Positions 37,321 through 49,980 of a stretch of 64,000 nt of DNA are shown in pieces. This DNA is from Lytechinus pictus (Eukaryota): assembly GCF_037042905.1 (NCBI RefSeq), contig NC_087251.1, forward strand, positions 30,568,001 to 30,632,000, read 5' to 3'. The translations under genes and the position numbers were made by a program. Numbering within the stretch: the stretch's first letter is position 1; each line of letters starts with the position of its first letter. The notes under the pieces are model-generated. The model did no database searches and had not been told where the DNA came from. It saw only the letters and a program-made list of their open reading frames with translations.

Positions 37321-38074
37321 GTAAGAATTCTTATCACTGTATAAATGATACGTTTTTCCTTTTGGGCCCTGTTTCTTCTATGTTGTAACTTGATGCTGAA
37401 ATTCTTGCTCTTTATTTTCCATCTCTTGCAAACATTTTTGTTCATGAAAATGATGAAATAAAGGAACCAAGAATTATTGATGATTTATCACAACTTTATA
37501 AAAACTGACATATCATTTGTAAAGCCTAGGGTCTCTTTTTTTTTTCCATCTAAAATCTCTGGGGGCCAATGTCATAACAAGGTGGACACCATGCTTGTCC
37601 ACAAGAGCATATTAAAAGGATTTTCACAATGATCAAACATCACAATTATCAAAATTGCCAAAATCAGGTAAACTATTCAATAGCCTTGTGCGAATGGTGT
37701 GCGGAAAGGATATATAGGGACAAATATGTATCCTTTTTGCACACCATTCACATATATTTTTAAACGATAGTACCGTAAAAATAGAATATCTGATACATTA
37801 TTTAGGATGGGGAGGACCTTGCTTGACAGTGGCATATATTTAGAACCTAATATCGCAATAAAAATCAAAACTTCGAACTACCTGTACACATAATAAATCA
37901 AGAAAAAAAGGTAAGATTTTAATGTAGGCTTAAATAGATAAAGGGAACATAATTTAATATTATTTATAGGAAGTTTGTTCAATAGGCCCATATCATACTG
38001 TGCCTTTCCTGATAACTTTCTTATTGAATCATATTTCATATTTAATGATGGTATATTAACCTTTGACCTTACAG

Positions 38075-38155
38075 AGTCAAAGTTCACTGCTGTTTTGCCG
38101 AAGACCTCTAAGATGCAGCTGAAAGGAGGAGCTGTGGTGGAGGATCAAAGTCTAG
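38075..38155 (+). CDS. PARP1: PARP1 exon 12 (immediately before WGR); gene presumably continues beyond the window
   Basis: SKFTAVLPKTSKMQLKGGAVVEDQSL matches PARP1 MKLTLKGGAAVD; phase 1 to 1; donor GTAAGT. Confidence 0.92.
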
Positions 38156-38492
38156 GTAAGTCTACTTTTCGATTTTCTTTCAAGTGTTCTCAAATATAGG
38201 GGGGGGGAACATTCGCAATATTTTTGCAATCCTCAAAGCTTGCAGAAATCCAAGTGTATACTGTAAAGACTAGGGAAGCAGAACATTATAGCCATTTGTT
38301 GTGCAACATTTATGGAAAACTGCCCTGAACTGTGAAAATAATTTGAATTCCAGCATCAACAAGATTTGTGCTTGCGGTGTAATGTTAGTCTGAACCAGTG
38401 TGTGTATTTGTTAACAGGCACCAATCAAGGAGCTCTACTTTTCACATGACACTGCTTGGCCATTTGCAAATAGACAGACACCTCACTTTTAA

Positions 38493-39140
38493 CCCTAATA
38501 TGACTGGGAGGGGGGGGGGTGCTGAATCAGCCCCTCAAAATTTTTCGTGATAAGTCCGCTGTGCTATTTTTTTTTTACTGCGTTGCTTACTGACATTTTC
38601 TTTTCAAGTCTCGCACAACTTTTGAGACCAACTTTGCGACACCCGGGTTCTTGGTGCCAAAAATACGCAACATTTTATAAGTGCATGCGCACCCAAAATT
38701 GCTAAAAAACATGAATTTGCGTACAAATCCAATGCAAATAGTGTTTTTAGCCAAGATTCATAAATGTATCATTATTTTTCCATTTACTGATTAAAATCAA
38801 TTGATTTCATCTTGTCTGTGGTCAAAATAAAGTCCCAGACAATTTCCATTAAAAAACAATAAAAAACGAAAAGCCGAAAAAACACAGAAAAACATAAGGA
38901 ACTTAGAAAACAATAATATACATAACAAAATAAGTGTGATGTTGAATTTTTTTCAAATTACATTTAATCAGATTCCTATATAGAGTCTGTGAACCAAAAA
39001 ATTGCATTTGGGGGGCATTATTTAGTTAATTAGAGCAAATTTGATTTTTACACATAAATTAGCATAATTAGCAATGAGGTTTTTCACAGAATTTGATCCC
39101 CTCGTTTTGTAGATTATGGCACGCGTAACGCGCGTGCCTA
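38493..39140. mobile_element. piggyBac-like non-autonomous element, one end only
   Basis: TTAA|CCCTAA.. terminus followed by a G-run; no matching other end found; extent approximate. Confidence 0.45.
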
Positions 39141-40095
39141 TTTTCTTCGAGATGTCGAGATAATCTTCTAATAGGCATCAAAATAGCCCAATCCATTGAG
39201 GATTAAGTGCACAGAATCCATATGATTGTAGAGCCCTATGACATTATTTTGAGCTTGGAATAAGCAGTATGAATGAAATGTGAAAATAAAGATCCATACC
39301 CATCTTGCAAATAAATCAATTTATGAGAGGTTATAATCAATCAAAATTCTATATATATATATATATTGCTTGATTTGTGGAATCTCAAATTTAGTTGGCA
39401 TGCATAAATTTTAGACGGCCTTTCAGCTCCATCAACCTGAATCAAGTCATTTTTTTGCAGTCAACATTTTGGAGAAACTCTTTGGCTTTCAGATTTGCAA
39501 TGATAATGTGTAAAATTATTGTGTCAGCAATAACAGAATAGTTTCATTCTTCAAGAAGAAAACCAAGATTGATGGGAAAAAAATTGAAAAAAACGAAAAT
39601 GAATGAAAAGTATAAGAATTTTTTTTTTCCGATGAAGTGTAATAGTAATGGACTTTACAATATCAAAATTAATAGAATATGGATTTTTTTTTAAATGAGC
39701 TTATTATTTTCATTCAACCGTCAAAAGTATCAGGTAGAGAATGAGGGGGTCCAACGATGATTTATATAAATAGCTTAATTAATATTCAAGGAAGAAGACA
39801 TTTTTTTTTTATATTCTGTATCACAATTCCCAAAAGTGATCATTAAATCTTGACCTATGTTGCATGTTCAGTCATACATGACTGGACTGAGAAATCAGAT
39901 TTTCACACAGATTTCCATTATTGAACGTAGGAACATTCCTGCTCAATTGATTTTCTTCAAATAATTTTGTTAGAAAGTTATGCTTTCTTGAAACATGGAG
40001 GAGTAATTTTCTTTTTGTGTGTGTGTGTTTAGAAATGAAGGAAGCAGTCTGTTTTATGGTGTCTTATGTCTTGCATTTAACTTTAATGGGATCAG

Positions 40096-42206
40096 CAGAG
40101 CTGCCAACCATTACGTTTTTGCCGTAATCATTACGTTTTTTCATTCAAATTACGGCATTATGGTTTTTCTTTTCAAATTACGTTTTTTGACAATTTTGAT
40201 AATGTGTGTACATAATTGTATGTATGTGGAGTGCGTGTTGAGCCCACTGAACTAGAAATACGTATTTCTAGTTCAGTGGTTGAGCCCGAGATGAGCCTGG
40301 TATTTGCGCGTGCGTAGTCGCCCGCCGGCCGGTTTTCCAACGCACTTTAATAATTTGATAGCGTTCACGTACATATACGTTAGTTGAATATGCGAGCGGC
40401 ATGCATGGTACGAATCGCGATGTATAGCGACTGGTAAATACGTCTGTAACGATGATGACGTCATCCAAGATGGCAACTTACGATGACAAACGAAAGGATC
40501 GAGGATGATTATGTTTTGATCATCATTTGAAAGGAAATAACAGTAACTGCGGTCTAAGGTACGATATTTCTGAATTTTATATATTTTATCTTAAATTTGC
40601 ATGTAATTTCTTTCCTATAAAGTGATGTTTTATGTACAAAAAAACGATCCGAAAATCAGATTTCAGAATTTAGATCTAACCTTACTTGTCTTTACGCACG
40701 GGCCAACACTCTTCAGGTGATCGAGCCAACGTTTGTTCTTCCAGCGCAGAGCGAGGAGTACGATGAATTGGGTAGGGTAATTCCCAAATGTAGTAAGAGA
40801 AGAGTCCATTTGTAATGGAGGGGGATTTGGAGGTTTGAGGGAAATTATTATTCCATTTGCAAAATTTTACAAAAATACTCATCATATATATTAAAGATTG
40901 AATCATCAAAAGATATTTTTCATATACTTTAAAATTAATTGTTGTGATAAAGAAATGAAATTTTGAGGCTATTTTCTTGAATTGATTAATATCAATTCCC
41001 TTCGGATAACGGTACGGTACTGTCTGGTTAATTTTCATCAACTCGTAATCGTATCAAACAAATACGATGAATTCGGCTTTGAAAAGACCTGGAAAGCTCT
41101 TCATTGTCCCTTGAAGTAATAATTCTGGGTGATATTCAACATTTATTGATAGTTTCACATGATTTATACTAGAGAGATGTCCTACTGCCTTTGGAATTCA
41201 TTAAAAAAGTCGGCACTTTAGCATTCAGTTTAGCAGGAATGGGAAGATTTCTTCCCCGGTTCTGGCGGCCTAGATGTCTGCTCTATAGTGCCGTCACTGC
41301 TGGGGATGATTGAGTGTGCGTGCAGTGTGATTGAGGCTGAGCTGTGCACATCGTGAAGTGATTTACGATGGGACTTTTGTGGAATGATTTCAACTTCTTA
41401 TCTATAGATCTATTTGAATTTTAGATTAGATTGATTTATGAATAATTTTTCTATATTTGTGGAATGTTACATGTACACTTCCATTTTATGACACTTTAAT
41501 TTTAAAGGGTACTGTTTGGCAAAAACAATGTTACTTGGGAAGAGAAGTCTGAATTGATGTCAACTTTTTTTTTATATTTCTCTTAGTCTACAATTTGGTA
41601 GTTTTGTCAGGAAACTCAACATAAAACAATTAATTATTTTAGAAGTGGAAAGGAAGCCCCAGAAAAATGGGGCCCTAAAAATGTTCACCAGAACTGATTT
41701 TGGTGCCCCTGAAAGAATTTTTTCTCGACAGATCTTCACTTTGATAAGTGCCGGAGTAGGTTGCACTACAAAATGAAAGGCCTACTTGTCATTTTTAGAA
41801 AAATTTGCCTAGGTGCCCATTTGACAAGAATAAAAGTGGCCTTCATGTCCTTTAGAATGGCCTTGATACCCCTTGAAATTTTGGGGCATCCAAGGCCACT
41901 TTGCCGGTTGCCCCAAGCTGAAAGTGCCCATTTGAAAATGGCCTTGCCCCTCTCAATTCTTAATTCAAGCCCTGCTACTGACTTAATTAAAATAAGGGTC
42001 CAATTTGTAACGCTCCGTTACTTAGCCCAGACTAGGCCTAGAGATTAACTTTTTTTAAATTGTTCACTGCATACATACTTTTTGCATTGGATGTTTGTCG
42101 CATGTCGTTTTAAGGTTCGTTTTAACACATTCCTTTTTTTTGTTGGAAATTCCTTTTTTTGGCCGTAATGATTCCTTTTTTTGCTTGCACAAGGTTGGCA
42201 GCTCTG
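40096..42206. mobile_element. Non-autonomous DNA transposon, TIR CAGAGCTGCCAACC, 6-bp TSD GATCAG
   Basis: 14-bp perfect TIR with GATCAG at 40090-40095 and 42207-42212. Confidence 0.85.
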
Positions 42207-42239
42207 GATCAGTTATTTGGCCATTTCTCTTGACTCCTG

Positions 42240-42396
42240 GGGGGCGTTTCATGAAAGGACTTGTCGGAGGTTTTATCCGACAAGTCCCATTTTATCCGAC
42301 AGTTACCATAGTAACAGTACCTCTCAGCCAATCAACATCAGAGAAAGATGTCAGATCTGACAACTTGTCGGATGAAAATGTTGATGAAACACTCCC
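42240..42396. mobile_element. Harbinger-like MITE
   Basis: GGGGGCGTTTCATGAA ... TTGATGAAACACTCCC with CWG flanks. Confidence 0.6.
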
Positions 42397-44393
42397 CAGA
42401 GCCCTGTCCTACAAAGAATTGGGATAGATTAAAAATCAAACTCAATTTGCAATCAATCTAAAATTCCCATCTCTTAACTTCACAAATTTAGATCAATTTC
42501 AAAGTTGAGATTGATTTGAATCTATCATATGTGTTTGTCAGACGGGGGGCCCAAGAGGGATGTTTTATTGACCAGTACTAAGTGTCTCCCAAACTGATTC
42601 ATTATCAGTCTTGAAGCTCTTTTTTGCCATACACAGTTCATCAAATGCTTGTCAATTCACGGGGGATGAAAAGTCATTGTTAGCAGTTCAACATGTATTT
42701 ACTTAATTGATAAAGTCATTTATACTACTCATACAATGATTCTTGCAATTTGGTTGGTTGAAAGCCATTCAATATTTGATCAATTTTATGCTGCATGCAA
42801 ATTTTATTTTCCATTGCACAGCGACCATGCATTTTTTATACGTCCATTGCATGGTCGAACTCTCTCCTTCAGTGTGTACCACTAAGCATGTGTGTGTACG
42901 TACATTTTGTATGTGTGTGTGTGTGTTTGTGCGCATCAAAGTAAGCGCACTCAGATTCATGAATCAAAGTGCGTCACAAAAGAACAAAAACAATTAACTG
43001 CTTTCATACATCGGAAAATAATATTTTCAGAGAAAATGAATTATCAGACAAAGGCAAAATATGTCTTAATTCCATCTGCATTTATCTGTTTTTTTCTTCT
43101 TCTCTTTTGTCAAATCACAAAATCAAGAAAATTTGTTGTATAAACCAAATGATGCATGTCTTCATTCGTCCATTATGCGACCTATCCACTCTCGTTCAAG
43201 CTGTGTTCACCCCATTGCACTCGGCCTAACAGCTTTATGCAATTGATTGAACAGAGCCTCAACTCGCGTGAGGATAGATCGCCTAAGGAACTCATGTGCA
43301 TGCATCATTTGTATATTATTTCTTTGAATATATTTGATTGGTAGGTACTTATCTAGCAATATCTTACTGCATGATTCTGATTTTGCATCAAGGTATACAT
43401 GTATAGTTTATATCATGTACTTACTAATATTGACACTGCAAAGTGTAGCAAGGGCCCTTGTTCCAAATGACCAATGCTATGTACATGTAACAGTTGATAT
43501 GTTTGTGATTGGGACTTACAAATTTTCTATATACGAATTAATATCAAACCTTTCTAGCTAATGATTTCAGGATAGAAGAGATTACAGATGCATTTGTTCT
43601 TCGATTTATTTTTGTCTCATTTGCACCGCAGAAGGTAGACATGAAGGTTGCTTTTTATTGTGACAAGAATTTTAGGTCAAGGGTCATGAAATTCAACAAA
43701 TTTCTGTATGAAATATTCAACTAAAGGTTATGACTTGTTTTATTTGACACTTGAGAAAATACTTTTTATCCTACCTGCCATAGTAGTGACTACTGCATAG
43801 CAGAAGCTAGACAGGTGCTGATGCAATGGCACTGTTTAAAATCTATTTCATCTTGACTTTACTTTAAAGTATTAATTTCAGTTCACAAATCAAGGCCAAT
43901 TGTCATTTTAGTTCAATAAACCTTTTCCATGTAGTATCAACATTACAAATTCAACCACTGGTTGAAATGTGAATTATTGAGATAATTTTGAATTTTTAAA
44001 TCCCTGTAACATGAAACCTATTTGTTATGGTTACCAAGCATTGGTAATACCTTGTGCAGAATTCAGGTCACTGGATCATGGTCAAGGGTCATTTTGGGCA
44101 ATTGACTGGATGAAAAATTGATACTTTGTTCACTATTTCAAAAGCCGTGCTGTTCAAAAGGTATTTGTTAAAATTGAATTAAATGTGTATGAGATGGTTA
44201 AAACCATGCATGTATCAAGATCATACAAATGAATATGTCAAGTTCTAATGTCCTTTGAGGTCAATGAACTTTGGTATTTTATTACATTATTTGTTTTTCT
44301 TATTTTGAAACTGTATCTTATTGTTTTCATTTATTATGTAGTCAGATGTAAGTTGTTTTCATCAATGATATGAGTAAAATTCCAAATCATATT

Positions 44394-45961
44394 CATACCT
44401 GCCAACCATTCCGATTTTGGCGGAATTATACCGATTTTTAGACCTCCATTCCGAATTCCGAATTTTAAAACCAAAATTCTGATTTTGGGGTCAATCAATA
44501 TTGTGTTGAAATTATTGAAACGGCTGTATGATGCGACTAACGCATGCACGGCTGTAAGATGCGACTAACGCATAAACGACTGGAGCACACGGCTACGCAA
44601 ATGCGCTAGCTACGCTATACACAGCTGAGCGATTTTAAACGGCGCGCAAACACTGCTAAGTACGCAGTTCCATTGCAAATGCATGTGAAAATAACGAGCG
44701 TACACGCAATGGCCGCACTTAAGGTGCTACATTTTGAGGTGTTGTCGTATTCTTCATGTTTTTTTTTAATTATTTTTTCGATATTAGCTTTGACTTCCGG
44801 AAAAAAATGGCGGCTGACATCGGCTAGCGAAAGTGCCAGTTTTTAGTGAGGACATGTTTTCATAATCCACGAACATTGGAAAAACCATGAAAAACTCACT
44901 TTTTTAGACCCCTTGTTTCCTAACTACGATGTTAAGAATCATATATGGTGATATTTTTTATGTGAAATATGGTAATTTAGGTAACAAAAATTCACTTTTT
45001 ATTTGAGGATTTGCTCATGTCGTCGGATAATTTTGTAGTGTGGGAGTGAGTTAGTGAATGTGTAGTGCACATGTCTAGAGTGTGTTGGTGCTCTCAGTGT
45101 TATATTGCCGAGTCTGCTGGGCTGATGAACGGCTGCATACCAACCCCCCGCACACCGACGCAGTTACTCTTAAGTTAGATCTATCCCTACGCAATTTTAA
45201 CATTGATCTGTACTTTATTTTTTGAATAATTGTCAAATTTTTGAGGAAAAAAGGAGATTATCAACTTCCGATCTCAAGTTGAGCCTTCGGAGCCAAACAC
45301 CAAATCTACTTGCTTTGCTTGCCTAAACTCCCGGCGCCCGCCGAGTTGCTTTGCCTCAGCCTCCCCGTCTCACCGGCGCACCGCAAGTGCAGTGGTGGGT
45401 GCGGGTCGGGCGCATGCAGCCGTTAGTTTCGGCTCCATTTTTGTCATGGTTGAAAATCTGCTTTCTTATACCAACAAACACTTATCCAATGTAGGTTATG
45501 ATATAACCTTCTTGTTCCAAGACTCAATTGAATTCTTGAAATTAATTTTTTCTAATTGAAAAGAAAATCTGTGGAGATGAAGATTTGCATCAATCTCATT
45601 TTCCACCAATAGAGGGCCTCACAAAATATGCTCAAAATTAAAGTTTTTGGTGAACAAGAAAAATTGTCCCCAAGTCTATATAGATTTAAATGAAAACAAA
45701 TCATACCTGAATGAAACTGGGTGGTCTTTTGTCACAAAAGTGATATTTTAAAGACTTTTTTAATTTTTAATTGAGAAATAAAAAAAGTAGACTCTACATG
45801 TATGTAGGTCATCCTCTGGTGTGGTAATGAGGGTAAATTTGCGTTAAAAAGTGTAGGGAAATTCAACTTTTACATGCTGAAATCGCAAAGAGTCCCTACC
45901 GTTAGAGCGGGCCGTACACCCGCTCGGCGCCCTCGTAGCTTTGATACTGATTGCAGGTATG
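44394..45961. mobile_element. Non-autonomous DNA transposon, TIR CATACCTGC, 6-bp TSD CATATT
   Basis: TIRs and flanking CATATT (44388-44393, 45962-45967) seen directly; CpG-rich interior. Confidence 0.75.
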
Positions 45962-48867
45962 CATATTACTTAATGTTAAGTAAAGAACTTGAATCATAAA
46001 CAAAATGGATATCCTTCTAAAATTAGTGTGGCTGAAATATTTGCATTTGGTTACTTGGTACAAATTAATTTTATACTTTTATGTAAAGAATTTGATCAAT
46101 TGTGATTATACCTGCACATGAACAGTATGAAAATAAAAACCATTCCCCAAAATCTATATTTGACGCAAAACAAATAGATGGTGTGTTTGATCTGAAATGT
46201 ACAAGAATAGCTGGATTTTTTTTAGCCTAGCTGGAAGATGTCAAATTGGTACTGTTAATGTGTTGATAAGTACCATAATGCTTGAGATGGTGTGTCGTAG
46301 TACCAGCCTGCCTGCTCTTCAGAGTTTACTGGTTGGAGTGCTTGTGGGAAGTCAGCGAGCATTGTGGGTAATGGTAGAGAGGTGTGTAAATCTTAATTGT
46401 GATGACAAGTACCTAGGGACGGTTATTGATTTCTCACTTTGACATTTTAAACTTTTACATCCACTCTTAAAATGAAATGTGTTTGCTCTCCTATTTTGTT
46501 ATATGTGTACAAGGAGTGTCATGTCTATTTTGATGCAGTCCTGTTTGATATGTTGCAACTGTTTTTTAATGCTGTCTTTTTTATTTTATCTCTACGAAAT
46601 TCTGTATTTAAAATAAACTTTATTTTTGCGCATATCCTCTTCATGTTTGAGATTGAAATGATTATGGTGGTTTGGGGTTGTAGTGTTCTCTATTGAGGAG
46701 AACATTGAATACTCTTAAAATATTATTAGCATGTGCTTTTAAAATCTGAATATTTTAGAGTATATTCAATCAAACTATGATTTGTGCATTAATTTTGCAC
46801 TGTCATTTTCATATTATTCTGTTATTATGAATGGTTCTTATTATTTTCATTTTGAGTATACCGTAATTAAATTTACAATGCCTATGAGAACCTGAAAGAA
46901 CTTAGAAGTAACACCATTTAAATCTAAATTTCAATTTATTCAAACATAAAAATAGTATATTATACAATATATAGGAATAAAATGATCAGCAACCCTTTAA
47001 AACCTAGGATGTGATTGGGCCAAAACATCATCTCATCAAAAGATAAAGAAATGCAAATAAATTTACTAATATACTGTAGGTATGTGTATACCAAAGCCCC
47101 TCCACTTCCATTACCCCCCCCCCCTCCCTTTTCCATAAATATATGCAAGGTATTCAACACTGATGGTTTTACTGGCCTGTTTGTGTATATACATTTTTAT
47201 GTCAGGGAGGAATTTATGGTATCTTTGATGTGTAGTGCCGCTAATGACAGTTGAAATATATGGTGTTGGTGTGATGAGTATGTTAAATGACAGGAAAAAA
47301 TGACACATTGAGATGAGGAATTTATTGGAAATGGCTGTGGGAAGGTTTTGGTAAAATAATGGCACAATGGAATGGCAGTTGTTTGTATACATTCTTTTTT
47401 TTCTTCTTCTTCAATGAATTTGTAAGCAAAGGAATTGACCATAAGGGTTTCAGATTCATACTGAAACTTGTGTTTCTCTCTTCCTATTTATCTTGTCTTA
47501 CCACTTTTCCTTTGCAATAGCATTCTGCTTCATTTGTATATAACACTTTGGTTTTCAGTCTTTGTAGCACTTTCTTTTCTTACTTTTTTGGAAATACCCC
47601 TTCTTTGTCTCTGTCTATTTCTACATTGTATCTCTGTTGTTCCCTCTCTCTGACTCCCACTCTCTATCCCTGAATCCTTTTTAATCTACCTAACTATCTT
47701 AATACTTACAATATTTGTTCTCCCATCACACCATCCACAAATTATTTCATGAATGAATAACAAAATTGAAGTCATTGTTTACAAGTGTCAACCATTGCAC
47801 TTGATTAAAATACAAACAATACTTGTATGCTAATGACCCACTTAAGCTGCAAGGATTCTGTGCGCACATTATCACACATCAATTAAATTTCTCCTTCTTG
47901 TTTGGCCTTGATGGTTAATTAAGACTAAAGAGATGTTTTCTTTTCAGGAGCCTTCCAAATAATGGCCCTTAGAAATACTAGAGCAGTGTATTGCTGTGTC
48001 TTTCAAGAGCTCAATATACGTCATAAATTTTCTCAGTGACGTAAATGGTGGATCCATGTGTTGCATATTAAAGGGAGCTATTAAACAAGGCTATTAAAAA
48101 GATGAATGAGGTGTCCAGAAACCTTGACATAGATTTAAATGAAGTATCTCGTATGAATAAAATTTAGAGAATAGGTCAAGAATAGATTAAAAGAATCAAA
48201 ATGTAAGGGGAAAAAATTATATCAAATTATACAATGTGCAATGAATGACAAATAAAAATGATGTGAATTTGTAATTGAAGAATTAGAATACATGTTTAGA
48301 GAAGAAACAAAATTGATCTATAATAAATACATTAAATGAAATGACTAATTAGAAGAACTTAAATGAAAAATTGAAATAAGTAGTCACTACTATCATTACA
48401 TCTAGTAAGAAGAAGAGAAGAATAACAAGAAGAGGAGGAGAGAGGTGGGAAGAAAAAGGAGGAGGAGGGGCAGCGGCAGAGGCTGAGGAAAGAAAGAAAA
48501 TGAGGTGAAAAATAATTTGAACCTTTTGTCTACAAGAACAAATGAAAGGACAGGTTGCCCATATTCTTAATTGTAGTTATACATTTCTTTTATTAGAACT
48601 GTCTCATTGAAATTACAGAATCCAGAAGAATTCAAATTTTTAAATATAATCTTGACTTGTAATATATTATTGTAATTGCAAAATAGAAAGAGTTAAAAAT
48701 ATAAAAAGAAATAAAAAGAGAGTAGGGGGCGGACTGAAGTTGCATGGGCCTTGGAGAAATCAGAAATGAATAGGAATAACTACTCAAACCCTAATTACTT
48801 GGGGGAAAAAATATATGATTTCATAAGAATTTGTTATGTTTAATGCCTGATGGTAGTACTGCTACTT

Positions 48868-49980
48868 CTATAACCAAACATCATTATAACTTGATTGTCT
48901 GTTAAATGTTCTCCTAGAAGCACTTCCATTTTTAATGCTGTTCGCTCTCAAAAGTCTCCTCCTGTTGTATCTGCAGCAGAGAATATCCCAACACTCGTGC
49001 CGAAAACTAGGATTTATCATAGAATAAAGAAGTGGATTTAAAACTGAGTTGAGATACGGTAGAATATTCCTGCAAATGTACACAATCAGCACCTTCATGA
49101 CTTGTGGGTCCTCGTGCACAAAACTGTGATATATTTCAAGGATGGTCCTCGGTAACCAGCATATGATAAAAACAGCAATGACCAGAAGGAGACGCTTGGC
49201 GACGATCAAGCGTGTCTGGTTCATGACCCTACACCGTCCAAGTTGGTGCTGCGCATGGCGGTTTCGTTTCGATAGGACAGAGAAGATACGGAGGTAGTTC
49301 ATTCCTATGACAGTCAATGGTAGGATGAGAGTGATAGACGCCTGGCCTATGGCAAGGAAGATCCTCATTGGAGAACCCACCTTCACCGTGAACCGACACC
49401 CTGGAGCGCCGTAGTAGAACACCGCTGGGAACGCCACCAGGACGGACATGACCCAGATGCAGATGATGATCTTCCGCACCATCCTGGAGTGTATGCGCAT
49501 GTCGAAGGGTCGGCAGAGGGAGTAGAAGCGATCGATGGAGATCCCAACTAGGATCCATGATGAACAGATCAGAGTTTGGTGCCAGATCACCATTATCGCC
49601 TTACACTCAGAAGCTGTGATCCTACGATGCATGGCCATGATCTCAAAGTATATATGCATTGGCACAACAATGATACAGACTGTGCAGTCAGTTATGGCTA
49701 AGCTACAAAGAAAGTGATTTGCTGTTGACTGCTTACGTTTGGTGTTTCTCAGGTACACTAGAATCACCAACATGTTGCCAACTGTTCCAGTGACAAGGAA
49801 AACGGACATGAGCACAAGGTCGACTACAGAATGTATTGCACTTGGTTGAGGAAAGTAGAAAGGGTCAATAGTTGGCTCTTCTTCAGATCCATTTAATAAT
49901 AAACTATTGTTTTGAGTCCCACTATAAATATCATATGATAGAGATTCATAATACCAACTTTCTGTCCCTGTGGAGGCCAT
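48868..49980 (-). CDS. Class A (rhodopsin-like) GPCR, peptide-receptor-like, about 370 aa, single coding exon
   Basis: Seven hydrophobic segments with GN, LAITD, C(TM3), DRF, W(TM4), FIICWLP, NSVLNPLLY and helix 8; N-terminal NxS sites. Start chosen at agaATGg (49980); an in-frame ATG in weaker context lies at 50007. Confidence 0.93.
   Translation of the reverse strand: MASTGTESWYYESLSYDIYSGTQNNSLLLNGSEEEPTIDPFYFPQPSAIHSVVDLVLMSVFLVTGTVGNMLVILVYLRNTKRKQSTANHFLCSLAITDCTVCIIVVPMHIYFEIMAMHRRITASECKAIMVIWHQTLICSSWILVGISIDRFYSLCRPFDMRIHSRMVRKIIICIWVMSVLVAFPAVFYYGAPGCRFTVKVGSPMRIFLAIGQASITLILPLTVIGMNYLRIFSVLSKRNRHAQHQLGRCRVMNQTRLIVAKRLLLVIAVFIICWLPRTILEIYHSFVHEDPQVMKVLIVYICRNILPYLNSVLNPLLYSMINPSFRHECWDILCCRYNRRRLLRANSIKNGSASRRTFNRQSSYNDVWL

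Noticed and set aside
49229..49558. Overlapping 109-aa ORF inside the GPCR
   Set aside because: Expected by-product of locally high GC; no recognisable motif.
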